A stretch of DNA of 64,000 nt from Candidatus Coprovivens sp. (GCA_051892935.1 JBJFGS010000011.1:1-64000), one strand, 5' to 3'. Shown: positions 10,701 through 20,374, counted from the first letter of the stretch. Translations and numbers: made by a program. The notes: generated from the letters alone by a model not told the origin.

Positions 10701-13700
10701 ATTTTTCCACCAACAATACCATCATAAAAATTAAAAGTTCCAACATTAACATTGATACCATATGTATTTCCAAAAATTGATGGACTATCTTGTTCAACAC
10801 TTAAATTATTTTCACCAATTGTCAAAGTATTAGTTGTTGAATTTGAATAAATTCCATTTGCTTCGCTAGATATTATTTCAGCATTATTAATAGTTATCCT
10901 ACTATATTCATCTAAATAAATACCAGTTTTTTGAGAATTTATAATAGTCTTGTTATCTGCATCTCCAATCTTAGCATTAACATAATAAATAGATGAAGAA
11001 GTATAATAATATCCATCCAAATATACACCATAATTACCTGCAGTTAAAGTTCCACCTATAATATTTACTGACCTTGATGAACGATTATTTAAAGAACAAT
11101 AAAAAGCATCAGTTTGAGAAATAATATCAGTATTTAATAAATTTACATTACTAAGAGAGGAATAGATTCCAGTTGAATCAGAAATTATATTACTATCATC
11201 AGAAGCAATTGTACCATAGTAATGATAAATTCCTGTACCAGAAGAATTAATAGTCGTTTTATAAATATCAGATAAAACATTTGCATTAGTAGTATTTGAA
11301 TAAATTCCATATGCATATTTCTTATAGCTATTACAATTAGTTGCATCACATGTACGAGTTGATGTAATACTTCCACCATTCATATTAAAAGTCATTAAAT
11401 TAAATATTCCATATGAATAATGATTTGAATTAACAGATGTATCAACTAATATATTACTATTGTTAACATTAAAAAGACCAACATTATATATTCCATAAAC
11501 ATCATCACCTGTTGAGGTAACTTCTAAATCAGTATTATTTATTTCAACAGTACCAGCAGTATTATATATTCCATATGATACAGATGAAAAACTATTTTTC
11601 AATTTACTATTATTAATTGTAAGAATAGCATCAACACCGGTATTATAAAATATATATTTAGAAGATGCAGCTTCATATATACCATTTTCGATTGTCATAT
11701 TAGAATAATTATAAAATAAATTAGTTCTATTATTAAATATTTTTCCAGTCTGTTCTACACTACTATCTTTAACAATTAATGTACCATAATTAATAAATCT
11801 TTGTGAAGTATTTAAAGTATATCCATTTAAATCAACAGTAATATTTTTTTCTTTAGGAATTGTAATTGAAGAACCAACACTAACACTTTTAATAACCTTA
11901 ATTGTTCCCTCTTGTTCTATATCTCTTATTGCTAAATCAAAAGAATTATATTCTACACCATTTACTTCCAAAAAATTTTCTTGAGATTGAATAAATTTAC
12001 TTTCATATTCATAATTATCAATAACTTCATAATTTGTACTAACTATTGAAGCAGATGGTATAGCAGTTACTGAACCTTTTATAGCGTTAGTTTTACCTTT
12101 TATTAAACCATCATAAAAATTTAAAGAACCAGCGTTAACATTAACGCCATAAGTCTCACCCATAACAAGAGGACTTACTTGACTTATATTTAAATCGTTT
12201 TCTCCAATAGTTAAAGTATTAGTTTCAGCATATAAATAAACACCATTACTATTAGATGATTTAATATCAGCATTTAATATATTAGTGTTTGTATAATCAT
12301 TAAGATAAATGCCCGTACTATTTGAATTAATAACTGTCTTATTATCTTTATCTCCAATTTTAGCATTAACATAATAAACAGATGAAGAAGTATAATAATA
12401 TCCATCCAAATATACACCATAATTACCTGCAGTTAAAGTTCCACCTATAATATTTACTGACCTTGATGAACGATTATTTAAAGAACAATAAAAGGCATCA
12501 GTTTGGGAAGTAATATCAGTATTTAATAAATTTACATTGCTAAAAGAAGAATATATTCCAGAAGACCCAGATATTATATTACTTTCCTCAACATTGACTG
12601 TACCATAATAATGATAAATACCAGTACCAGAAGAATTTATTTTTGCTTTATTAAGACCAGTCAAAATGCTAGAATTTGACGAATTTGAATAAATCCCATA
12701 AGCATACTTCTGATAACTTGAACAATCAACATTATTAACACAAGTATGAGTTACTTTTATCTCCCCACCATTCATATTTAATACAGAAATATTTTGGATA
12801 CCATAAACATAAGCATAACCATTTTGTACAATCTCAACATCAATAATTCCACTATTAATAGTTAATGTTCCACTATTATAAACACCAGTAAGGCTTTCAG
12901 TTTTTGACATTTTAACATTAGCACCATCTATAACTAATGTTTTAGTATTATAAATACCTTCATAATTACCACTAGTTAATTTAGCTTCCTTACTAGAATT
13001 ATTATAAAACGCATAACTATTTGCCTTAAAATACGTATTTTCATCTGCATTAATCGTTCCATCATTATTATAAATTGCATAACCAGATTTAGCTTTTACA
13101 ACAGAATTAGTTGCATTAATTATTCCATTATTAGTTATAACATTAATAGTATCATTAGTTTCAATTGTTGCATCATTAAGATTTAATATACCATTATTTA
13201 CTACTGTTATAGCAGGAATTATTCTGCCTTTTTCATCACTAGTATCACGTATTATAAATGTACCATTATTTTTAACATCAGTACCTGTCGTAATATTATA
13301 ACCATTAATATCAAAGACAATAGTAACATTCTTATCAATTGTAAGTTTATAAGCAGCTTCAAAATCTCTTACAGCATAAATATCAAAACCAGAATACTTA
13401 GCAGTATTAATAGAATCTTGTAAATTAAAATAATAAATTTCTCCATTAACAATAGTTTTAGAAACAGCTCTATCAATATTATTTTGACTAATTAAATAAG
13501 CTTTTTGACAATCTTTTTCGCCATTATGATCAACAAACGTTGCATAATCAACAGGAGTAGCATGAACACTACCATTAATAGTTACATCACCTTCAATATA
13601 ACCATCATAAAAATAGAAAGTACCATACTGTTCAATACCAACAGTAGTACCAATTATAGCAACACTATCTTGAGAAACATTTGGCTTAGCATCATCGTTT

Positions 13701-15199
13701 TTATCATTTACACCTAAAGTTAATATACCTGTATTAGAAACAGCTATCCCATTAGTATTTTCAATAATACCATTATCAATTACAATATCACCTTTATTTA
13801 CTAACTTACCAACTACTTTATGTCCATTTAAATCTAATTTAACTTTCTTTTCATTAGTAAAAGACTCATCAACATCCTTTAAAACAACAACAGTTTGTCC
13901 ATCTTTTACTTCAACTAAAGCCCTTTGAATTGTTTGATAGTACCTATTACTCTCAGGAATTTTAGCTACAATATCTTCTTCTCTTATCCATTCTGCTGAA
14001 ACTTCAATATCCTTTTTACCCATAGTTACAACATCATCTTTTAAATAGCCTTCATCTTCATTTTCATTCCAAGCCACAAACAAGTAAGAAGTCCTAACAG
14101 GATCTTTTAATTCATATCTTTCTCCTTCATGTAATCTAACTTCAAAAGTACTTTCATTTTCGTATAATCCACCATTAGGATTAATAGTTAAAGCATAAGT
14201 AGGATGTTCTTTCCACACCGCTTCCAATCTAATATCTTCAACTACAGAAATAGTACTTTCCATATATTGAATTTCATCATTATATGTCCAATATTTAAAA
14301 TCAAAGTATTCCCTATATACATCACTTAAATCAATCTTAGTATTGTATAAAACTAATGCTTTATAAGGCACATCTACACCATTAAATAAACCACCATTAG
14401 GATCTATTTCAATAGTATATGTCTTATTAGGTATTTTACCAAAATTAATTAATCCTGTAATAGTTAGTGAATCTTGTTCCACAACCTCATCAGCAAATAC
14501 GCAATTAAATAAAGTCGTACCTAATATAAATAAAATTATAATAATTGTTTTTTTGTTTTTTTTCTTTACAAAATATAATAATAGTATTCCAGAAATTAAA
14601 AGAGCAAAGAATATAACTACATCTGAATAAGTGTTAGGATTCTTCACATCTTCCTCTCTATCAGTATCATTACCATTTTCATTTGAATTATTGCCATTAT
14701 TACCAGAGTTATTATTACCTGAATTAGGGTTGTTTGGAGAATTTGAACTACTTCCACCACCATTTATTTCTCCACCAGAAATAAGATTAGTTTTACTATA
14801 TTTTAATTCTAATTGAAAATTATTTGTATCATTAAGTTCTCCAATATCATTAGATTTTATAGTAAGTAACATTATTCTACTACTATTAGCTTCTATAATA
14901 TTATCTACTTCTAAACTACTATAAGAGTATTCCAAATATTCAACATCTGGATTACTTAAATTGATTTCATCTATTTTTACATTAGTATCACTAGTATTTT
15001 GGATAGTAACATAATATGAAATCTCTTGTTCTTTATCTGTTAATGTTAAATTAAAATCTTCCACTCCTGAAGGATTATTAACTAATATTTGTTGACTAGT
15101 ATCATAATTAGGAACTACACTTTTTAAAATTAATTCATTTTCTGCACTAACCAAAAATGGTATAAACAATAAAAATAAAAATAATATAAACTTTTTCAT
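7796..15199 (-). CDS. giant (2467 aa) surface adhesin-like protein with InlB B-repeats, beta-helix repeats and an internal sorting signal followed by a second signal peptide
   Basis: Signal peptide ending VSA; NPNTYSD-TM-KKKNKK-hydrophobic-VFA at aa ~187-236; IDPNGG...W repeats; YGIYN/NFYDG beta-helix repeats; no C-terminal anchor. Confidence 0.8.
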   Translation of the reverse strand: MKKFILFLFLLFIPFLVSAENELILKSVVPNYDTSQQILVNNPSGVEDFNLTLTDKEQEISYYVTIQNTSDTNVKIDEINLSNPDVEYLEYSYSSLEVDNIIEANSSRIMLLTIKSNDIGELNDTNNFQLELKYSKTNLISGGEINGGGSSSNSPNNPNSGNNNSGNNGNNSNENGNDTDREEDVKNPNTYSDVVIFFALLISGILLLYFVKKKNKKTIIIILFILGTTLFNCVFADEVVEQDSLTITGLINFGKIPNKTYTIEIDPNGGLFNGVDVPYKALVLYNTKIDLSDVYREYFDFKYWTYNDEIQYMESTISVVEDIRLEAVWKEHPTYALTINPNGGLYENESTFEVRLHEGERYELKDPVRTSYLFVAWNENEDEGYLKDDVVTMGKKDIEVSAEWIREEDIVAKIPESNRYYQTIQRALVEVKDGQTVVVLKDVDESFTNEKKVKLDLNGHKVVGKLVNKGDIVIDNGIIENTNGIAVSNTGILTLGVNDKNDDAKPNVSQDSVAIIGTTVGIEQYGTFYFYDGYIEGDVTINGSVHATPVDYATFVDHNGEKDCQKAYLISQNNIDRAVSKTIVNGEIYYFNLQDSINTAKYSGFDIYAVRDFEAAYKLTIDKNVTIVFDINGYNITTGTDVKNNGTFIIRDTSDEKGRIIPAITVVNNGILNLNDATIETNDTINVITNNGIINATNSVVKAKSGYAIYNNDGTINADENTYFKANSYAFYNNSSKEAKLTSGNYEGIYNTKTLVIDGANVKMSKTESLTGVYNSGTLTINSGIIDVEIVQNGYAYVYGIQNISVLNMNGGEIKVTHTCVNNVDCSSYQKYAYGIYSNSSNSSILTGLNKAKINSSGTGIYHYYGTVNVEESNIISGSSGIYSSFSNVNLLNTDITSQTDAFYCSLNNRSSRSVNIIGGTLTAGNYGVYLDGYYYTSSSVYYVNAKIGDKDNKTVINSNSTGIYLNDYTNTNILNADIKSSNSNGVYLYAETNTLTIGENDLNISQVSPLVMGETYGVNVNAGSLNFYDGLIKGKTNAIKGSVTAIPSASIVSTNYEVIDNYEYESKFIQSQENFLEVNGVEYNSFDLAIRDIEQEGTIKVIKSVSVGSSITIPKEKNITVDLNGYTLNTSQRFINYGTLIVKDSSVEQTGKIFNNRTNLFYNYSNMTIENGIYEAASSKYIFYNTGVDAILTINNSKLKNSFSSVSYGIYNTAGTVEINNTDLEVTSTGDDVYGIYNVGLFNVNNSNILVDTSVNSNHYSYGIFNLMTFNMNGGSITSTRTCDATNCNSYKKYAYGIYSNTTNANVLSDIYKTTINSSGTGIYHYYGTIASDDSNIISDSTGIYSSLSNVNLLNTDIISQTDAFYCSLNNRSSRSVNIIGGTLTAGNYGVYLDGYYYTSSSIYYVNAKIGDADNKTIINSQKTGIYLDEYSRITINNAEIISSEANGIYSNSTTNTLTIGENNLSVEQDSPSIFGNTYGINVNVGTFNFYDGIVGGKINAFLGSVTSIPEATVIKTIYKAIDDYDYECKYIDEQDAFLEVDGVEYNSFDIAIRNIESEGTIKVIKTASVGSAATIPNDKIITLDLNGFTLNTTQSIINNGTLIVKDSSTEKTGKIFNTKSNIFKNYSEMIIDNGFYESSTNYYVISNSGVDANLIINNSIIKNKYSGVSYGIYNNAGTVEMNNTDLEVSSTGDDAYGIYNVGLFNVNNSNIIVDTSVNSSYYAYGILNNLTLNMSESSVTATRTCDATNCNSYKKYAYGIYSNTTNANVLSDIYKTTINSSGTGIYHYYGTIASDDSNIISDSTGIYSSLSNVNLLNTDIISQTDAFYCSLNNRSSRSVNIIGGTLTAGNYGVYLDGYYYTSSSIYYVNAKIGDADNKTIINSQKTGIYLDEYSRITINNAEIISSEANGIYSNSTTNTLTLGENNLTIKNDVPVIIGETYGLNVNAGVVNFYDGILKGKTNAYKGAITTIPTDMKVASGTEIINDYVFEIAYISAVSDLFMNKTTGVKYKQLTDAISEANNGEKIVFLDNVQIYENISVDLSKDIIIDLDGYILNLGAHIFTNNGRLTINNTSEKQSKIIKTGENSSFVNNGNLYINSIDFDQFSSYYIFKNNANANLNIENSNIDSVYGVNNLEGYLFLNNVNINATNTAITNKGNMNIDSGTINGSTYAIYDNGVRESVVKNVSVISSGTALYNTNLSVYNLENVIIKGTLSNNNSLGKISHSIGSVEGYIYNYGTINFTELDISGTTTKTSLWVMISNSGTMIVNDCTIITTRTSNYSYETHSIHNYSNLELNNTMLTIGNLTTSGVDVGVFNEGGNVFLSDSAIKVNNVATAYGVYNYNASSKVVMESGSIIANNATNSYGIYMKDGNVTIGVETEPSDPTYGTSRANVSITDPSITAVGTTKGIGVKKEKGYFNYYDGIITGSTNAKPDITSQVEYNYEVTFYKDSDTGYEYTILEYMK
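9432..12540. repeat. intragenic tandem repeat, period 1389 bp (463 aa), about 3 units
   Basis: 9432-9970 reads identical to 10821-11359; a near-identical block recurs at ~12351-12538 at the same 1389-bp offset (FYCSLNNRSSRSVNIIGGTLTAGNYGVYLDGYYYTSSS occurs three times). Confidence 0.9.
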
Positions 15200-15287
15200 A
15201 ACAACAACTCTCTCTATCTTCTTAAGTATATCATAATATAGTTATACATCAAACAAAAAGAAGATTTCTCTTCTTTTTCAATAATAA

Positions 15288-15806
15288 CTATTCAACATTT
15301 CCTATCTTAGTAAATGGGAATAAAACTAAACTAGTTACACCTTTAATTTGTGTTTCTTTCATAGGGCCTAACTCTTCACTATCTAAAGAATCTTCTCTAT
15401 TGTCTCCTAAAACAAAATATTCATCATCTGCTAATGTTATTTTTTCAATATTTCCAGTAATACCAATACTATAACTTTCATCTTGTCTTTTACCATTAAC
15501 ATAAATAACTCCATTCTCACAAGAAATAGTTTCTCCTGGTAAAGCAATTACTCTTTTTATAATATCTTCTGTTTTTATATCAACTACTACAATATCGAAT
15601 CTATTTATTTTAGATGTCTTATTAAGAATCATTATTTCTCCACCATCTAATGTAGGTTTCATAGATTGTCCACTAACCATAATTGGCGTAAATAAATAAG
15701 TTCTAATCAAAACTACAACAATCAAAATAATTACATATGGTACTAATTCTTTAATTACTTTTAATAAAGTATTCTTATTATTTTTTTCTTCCATTTCATC
15801 CACCAC
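15288..15806 (-). CDS. lepB: signal peptidase I
   Basis: VSGQSMKPTL (Ser), IKRVIALPGE (Lys), GDNREDSLDS; downstream of rplS. True start may be 15794. Confidence 0.93.
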   Translation of the reverse strand: MVDEMEEKNNKNTLLKVIKELVPYVIILIVVVLIRTYLFTPIMVSGQSMKPTLDGGEIMILNKTSKINRFDIVVVDIKTEDIIKRVIALPGETISCENGVIYVNGKRQDESYSIGITGNIEKITLADDEYFVLGDNREDSLDSEELGPMKETQIKGVTSLVLFPFTKIGNVE

Positions 15807-15925
15807 AATAATTCTATCATTTTTTTTACAATGATTAAAGATAATTTTAAGATAATAACTTTGAAAATCGTTTATATATTTTATTTGACATATTATGATA
15901 TAATTTTTATATAAGGAGTATTAGT

Positions 15926-16507
15926 ATGAAAAATAAAAAGATTAAAATAATAGAATCAATAATATTAATAGTCATTCTTATTAGTTTAATAATAATTATT
16001 ATATTTGCTAAAATAACTTTATCAAAAGAACCTAAAAAGAGTAATACAAACGAAATAAAGGATTACTCTGTAACAAAAATAATAAAATATAATTCTAACA
16101 TATCAGAAAGTTTTATCTACCAAATACCATATCAAGATAGAATTATTACAGATCAAAGTGAGTTTACTAATTACATAACCGCTACAGATAATATAATAAA
16201 TATATATACAGAAAAAATACTTATTTATTATCTAGATTTAACAGCTGATGAAAAAACAATAGTAAAAAACTTCTGTAATACATATGACATAATAGAATAT
16301 GAATATAAATTTCAATGTACATTTAACAAAAACATCTTATCTATATCAAACCAATATAATATTAAAGATTTAAATACCAACAAAATTAAAAACAATCACA
16401 ATATAGAGATACCAATTCCAATTGAAAAAAATACTCGTCTAAATGATTATATAGAGTATTTAAATAAAAATATGATATCAACTATTGAAGTAAATGAAAT
16501 AAAATAA
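15926..16507 (+). CDS. hypothetical membrane-anchored protein
   Basis: RBS AAGGAG; N-terminal TM; TGATATAAT extended -10 upstream. Confidence 0.7.
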   Translation: MKNKKIKIIESIILIVILISLIIIIIFAKITLSKEPKKSNTNEIKDYSVTKIIKYNSNISESFIYQIPYQDRIITDQSEFTNYITATDNIINIYTEKILIYYLDLTADEKTIVKNFCNTYDIIEYEYKFQCTFNKNILSISNQYNIKDLNTNKIKNNHNIEIPIPIEKNTRLNDYIEYLNKNMISTIEVNEIK

Positions 16508-16534
16508 AAAGAAAGAAATTAATTTCTTTCTTTT
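16506..16534. terminator. bidirectional terminator between convergent genes
   Basis: Palindrome AAAAGAAAGAAAT-TA-ATTTCTTTCTTTT overlapping the rplS stop. Confidence 0.55.
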
Positions 16535-16860
16535 ACTTTGTATTCTTTTTTCATTCCTTTTAAGAAGTTTAATTTAGCTCTTCTTACAACACCCTTCTTA
16601 ACTACTACTATTTTATCAATAGTTGGTGAGTTAACTGGGAATACTCTTGTTACACCAATACCATAAGATTTTTTACGTACTGAGAAAGTTTCAGAAACAG
16701 AACCACCTTTTTTAGCTACTACAAGTCCTTCAAAAGCTTGGATTCTTTCTTTCTTACCTTCTTTAACCCATACATCTACTCTAACAGTATCTCCAACACG
16801 GAATTCAGGAATGTCTTTTCTTACATGCTTCTCATTAATTTTATCAACTAAATTTGCCAT
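16519..16860 (-). CDS. rplS: 50S ribosomal protein L19
   Basis: PEFRVGDTVRV...EGKKERIQAFEG...GVVRRAKL; start ATG 16860. Confidence 0.97.
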   Translation of the reverse strand: MANLVDKINEKHVRKDIPEFRVGDTVRVDVWVKEGKKERIQAFEGLVVAKKGGSVSETFSVRKKSYGIGVTRVFPVNSPTIDKIVVVKKGVVRRAKLNFLKGMKKEYKVKERN

Positions 16861-16892
16861 ATTATACATCCTTTCATACTATATTTACTTAC

Positions 16893-16934
16893 CGGAAAAT
16901 CATAAATTATAAATATTTCAGCGGATTTTCTTCC
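16893..16934 (-). ncRNA. putative L19 leader (ribosomal-protein autoregulatory RNA)
   Basis: In the rplS 5' UTR after TGTTATAAT: AAAATC-CGCTG...TATGATTTT stem with a CCGCUG/AUGA internal loop, resembling the Firmicutes L19_leader. Confidence 0.6.
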
Positions 16935-17012
16935 TTGAAGCAATTAAGATTATAACAAAAAAAGAATACATTTGCAACAAATATATTCTTTTTTATTATA
17001 AATATATATTAA

Positions 17013-17462
17013 TTATCTTCCTCTACCATGAGTTTTTTCTTCTTGTTGTTCTAAATAAATGGCTTTTTGTTTAATCTTAACTTGTTTTACTCTCATTTCA
17101 TTTTCTATTATTCTTAACTTTTTTAAAAATAATTGTTCTTTTTCGTAATTTAAGAATTTTTGATATCTATTGAGTAAAACTTGTCTAACTAATTCAACTT
17201 CATCTAATACAATTTCAGCATCAGATTCATCTGCATCAGGATCATTAATTACTTTTAAAGCTAAAGCAACTAATTGTTTAAACGATTTATCAAATTTCAT
17301 CGATAATATCTTATCAATCATTACTCTATCAACTATTGTAACCTCGTTTACTTTAATGTAATTTCCATTTCCAGATTTAGGTTTAAATTTATAACCATCT
17401 AATTCATGAATAGAAACTACACTTTCATCACAATGTTTTTTATTAACTAAGTAACTAGCCAT
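17013..17462 (-). CDS. hypothetical protein
   Basis: 149-aa helical ORF with RBS GAAGGTG, between trmD and rplS. Confidence 0.7.
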   Translation of the reverse strand: MASYLVNKKHCDESVVSIHELDGYKFKPKSGNGNYIKVNEVTIVDRVMIDKILSMKFDKSFKQLVALALKVINDPDADESDAEIVLDEVELVRQVLLNRYQKFLNYEKEQLFLKKLRIIENEMRVKQVKIKQKAIYLEQQEEKTHGRGR

Positions 17463-17482
17463 TTAATCACCTTCTTAACCAT

Positions 17483-18151
17483 CTAATCTAATAAATCAGG
17501 TCTTCTCTCTTGCGTTCTTTTTAATCTCATTTCATTTCGCCAAGCTTTTATATTTTCATGGTTACCGCTTATTAATACATCTGGGACTTTCATTCCCATA
17601 AATTCTTGTGGTTTTGTATAAGTAGGATAATCAAGAAGTTTATCATTAAAAGATTCACTATCTAAACTAGTATTAGTAATTACCCCATCTAATAATCTAA
17701 TTATGCTATCACTTATAACCATTGCAGGCAACTCTCCACCCGTTAAAACATAATCACCAATACTTATTTCCATATCACAAAGAGTTCTTATCCTTTCATC
17801 AAACCCCTCATAATGACCACAAACAAATATTAAATGTTTTCCTTTACTAAGCTCAACTGCCATATTTTGTTTATATTGTACACCATCTGGTGTCATAAGA
17901 ATTACTTTTGCATCAGGACTATCCTTCTTAGCATCCATAATAGCATCATACAATGGTTCTATACGTAAAACCATTCCTCCTCCCCCTCCATAAGGAGTAT
18001 CATCAACTTGATTATTATTTAACTTAGAATACTTTCTAAAATCTATAACATTTATTGAAACTAATCCCTTATTAATTGCTCTTTTTATAATAGATTCATT
18101 AATAAAGCCCTCAAACATATTAGGAAATAAAGTTAATATATCTATTTTCAT
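17483..18151 (-). CDS. trmD: tRNA (guanine-N1)-methyltransferase
   Basis: VDDTPYGGGGGM, CGHYEGFDER, SIGDYVLTGGE. Confidence 0.97.
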   Translation of the reverse strand: MKIDILTLFPNMFEGFINESIIKRAINKGLVSINVIDFRKYSKLNNNQVDDTPYGGGGGMVLRIEPLYDAIMDAKKDSPDAKVILMTPDGVQYKQNMAVELSKGKHLIFVCGHYEGFDERIRTLCDMEISIGDYVLTGGELPAMVISDSIIRLLDGVITNTSLDSESFNDKLLDYPTYTKPQEFMGMKVPDVLISGNHENIKAWRNEMRLKRTQERRPDLLD

Positions 18152-18639
18152 AATATCAATCCCTTAGCATTTTCAGTTTCGATAACTTTCTTTTCTAAAT
18201 CAACCATTTTTATGAAATTGCCATTTTTTGGAATATAAAAATTATTTTCACCCGAAATACATAATAATATATTAATTCCATTATACACAATTTTTGAAAC
18301 TTTACCAAGTATTTCACCATTTTCTATAATAGATAATCCAACTAAATCATCAAGTAAATACTCATCTTTTGTTAACATTAAATCTTCTCTTTTTACATAT
18401 ACATTTAATTTAACATAATTTAGAACTTGATTAATATTATCATAGCCTTCAAAAGTAACCATATCAAATTCTTTGTGAACTCTATATGAAGTTATTTTTT
18501 CTGGAACATGTCCTTCTCCAATATATAAAGTAAAACCTGGCTTAAAGACAACATTTTTTTTATCAAAATTACTTTTTATTCTAAGTTCACCTTTAATACC
18601 ATGAGTATTAACAATTTTTCCAATATAAACAAAATCCAT
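18148..18639 (-). CDS. rimM: ribosome maturation factor RimM
   Basis: IGKIVNTHGIKGE; ATGA overlap with trmD. Confidence 0.95.
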   Translation of the reverse strand: MDFVYIGKIVNTHGIKGELRIKSNFDKKNVVFKPGFTLYIGEGHVPEKITSYRVHKEFDMVTFEGYDNINQVLNYVKLNVYVKREDLMLTKDEYLLDDLVGLSIIENGEILGKVSKIVYNGINILLCISGENNFYIPKNGNFIKMVDLEKKVIETENAKGLIL

Positions 18640-18644
18640 TTTTA

Positions 18645-18989
18645 CTATCTCCTCTTTCTTTTTTTCATTCCATCACCATAAGAAACAATACTAGCTTTAA
18701 CAGAATAACATATTTCATCATCTCTTACTCTTATATCAATACCTTCTATATCATAACCATTTACTGACATAGCAAATAAAACTAAATCACAAAAATCTTT
18801 TACTCTAAGTGGTTTATAATGTTTTTCCAAAGTATCATTATTATTCTTTTCATAAAGTGCCCAAAATACCGGTTTATCATCATCTACAATTGTACTATTT
18901 ATAATTACATTATCAGGATAACCAATAAGCATTAAACCTTCTCTAGCAAAACTAAATATTTTTTCTTCATTAAAATTAATTTTTTCCAT
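18645..18989 (-). CDS. hypothetical protein
   Basis: ORF packed between the TrmH-family gene and rimM; start uncertain (18989 or 19007). Confidence 0.6.
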   Translation of the reverse strand: MEKINFNEEKIFSFAREGLMLIGYPDNVIINSTIVDDDKPVFWALYEKNNNDTLEKHYKPLRVKDFCDLVLFAMSVNGYDIEGIDIRVRDDEICYSVKASIVSYGDGMKKRKRR

Positions 18990-19012
18990 AACCAAAACCC
19001 ACTTCAAACAAA

Positions 19013-19738
19013 CTAAAATAACTCAAACAATATAATACTTGTAGCCACTCCAACATTTAAACTTTCACAAAGACTATTCATTGGAATATATAAATATTCA
19101 TCACATTTATTTAATACCGATAAACTCACTCCGGCTCCTTCATTCCCCATTATAACTGCAAATTTACCGCTAAGTTGTACTTCCTTTATATTCTTACCAC
19201 CATCAACTTTAGTTCCTACTAACTTATATCCATTTCCATGTAATTCATCTATTAAAGTATCAACATTTCTTTTTATTATATTAATGTGAAATAACATACC
19301 TTCACTACTTCTTAACACCTTATCATTATATATATCTACAGTATTATTACTAACTATAATAGTATCAACATTAAATGCAACACTACTTCTTATAATAGTA
19401 CCCAAATTACCAGGATCTTGTAAATCTTCAAGAATTAAAACCTTATTTCCTATCTCTTTTTCATCAATCTTCTTACATACTCCAATAATTTTTTGAGGAG
19501 TTTGTGTATAAGATAATTTTTTTATAACATCATATGTAACAATAGTAGTATTAACATCAAAATCTCTTACATAATCATCACACTTTATTACTTCAAGCAA
19601 TACACCTGCTTTATAAGCTTCTTCTACTAGATGTTCACCTTCAACTAAAAATTTACCTTCTTCATCTCTATATTTTTTTATCAGTAGCTTACTTAAATTC
19701 TTAATTCTTTTATTTTCCAAAGAAGTAATAATTTCCAT
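19013..19738 (-). CDS. TrmH/SpoU family RNA 2'-O-methyltransferase
   Basis: LQDPGNLGTIIRS, GNEGAG, IPM...ESLNVGVA. Confidence 0.92.
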   Translation of the reverse strand: MEIITSLENKRIKNLSKLLIKKYRDEEGKFLVEGEHLVEEAYKAGVLLEVIKCDDYVRDFDVNTTIVTYDVIKKLSYTQTPQKIIGVCKKIDEKEIGNKVLILEDLQDPGNLGTIIRSSVAFNVDTIIVSNNTVDIYNDKVLRSSEGMLFHINIIKRNVDTLIDELHGNGYKLVGTKVDGGKNIKEVQLSGKFAVIMGNEGAGVSLSVLNKCDEYLYIPMNSLCESLNVGVATSIILFELF

Positions 19739-20374
19739 TTATTCCACCCTCAATCTTTTTCTTGCTAATTTATAATCTGGATATCTAATATCAACTTGTT
19801 TCCAAAATCTACTACTATGATTTGCTTCATAAAAATGACATATTTCATGGATAATAACATAATCAATTAAAGAAACATCTTTTTTTAATAATTCACTATT
19901 TAAAGTAATAACTCTTTTAGTAACATTATTAACACCCCATCTTGTTTTCATCATGCGAATCTTCAAACTAAATTTTGGGATATCTTTAAACATAGTTAAA
20001 CATTCATCAATTCTTTCACTAAATACTCTAAAGCATTCTTCCTTATACCATTTTTCTAATTGTTTACTATTCTTAGCATAAATCATATCATCTTCAATAT
20101 AAACTTTCTTTACATTTTCATCAAAAACCTTGGTATAAGGTTTACCTAAATAATAAAATGACAAATTCTTCTCTTGTTTTTTCTTTGCTGTCTCATACAT
20201 TTTTAATAAAGACTTTTCATTCTTTTGAATGATTTTTAAAATTTCTTTTTCACTAAAAAATTTATTACAAGTAACAAATAAAGTACCATCATCTTTAAAT
20301 CTAAAATATATATTTTTGTTTTTTTTCTTTTCTATTTCTAATGATACTTTATAATCTCCAAGTTGTACAAACAT
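19739..20374 (-). CDS. YgjP/DUF45 (M48-like) metal-dependent hydrolase
   Basis: MKTRWG...IDYVIIHEICH...NHSSRFW. Confidence 0.9.
   Translation of the reverse strand: MFVQLGDYKVSLEIEKKKNKNIYFRFKDDGTLFVTCNKFFSEKEILKIIQKNEKSLLKMYETAKKKQEKNLSFYYLGKPYTKVFDENVKKVYIEDDMIYAKNSKQLEKWYKEECFRVFSERIDECLTMFKDIPKFSLKIRMMKTRWGVNNVTKRVITLNSELLKKDVSLIDYVIIHEICHFYEANHSSRFWKQVDIRYPDYKLARKRLRVE

Noticed and set aside
9432-12540. Diversity-generating retroelement TR/VR pair or CRISPR array
   Set aside because: The repeats are in-frame coding units without adenine-specific mismatches; no reverse transcriptase, cas genes or spacer structure.
15288-15806. lepB as a peptidase dedicated to the adjacent polyprotein adhesin
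   Set aside because: It is a Ser-Lys type enzyme in the common rplS-lepB neighbourhood, so adjacency is not evidence of dedication, though it could still make the cut.
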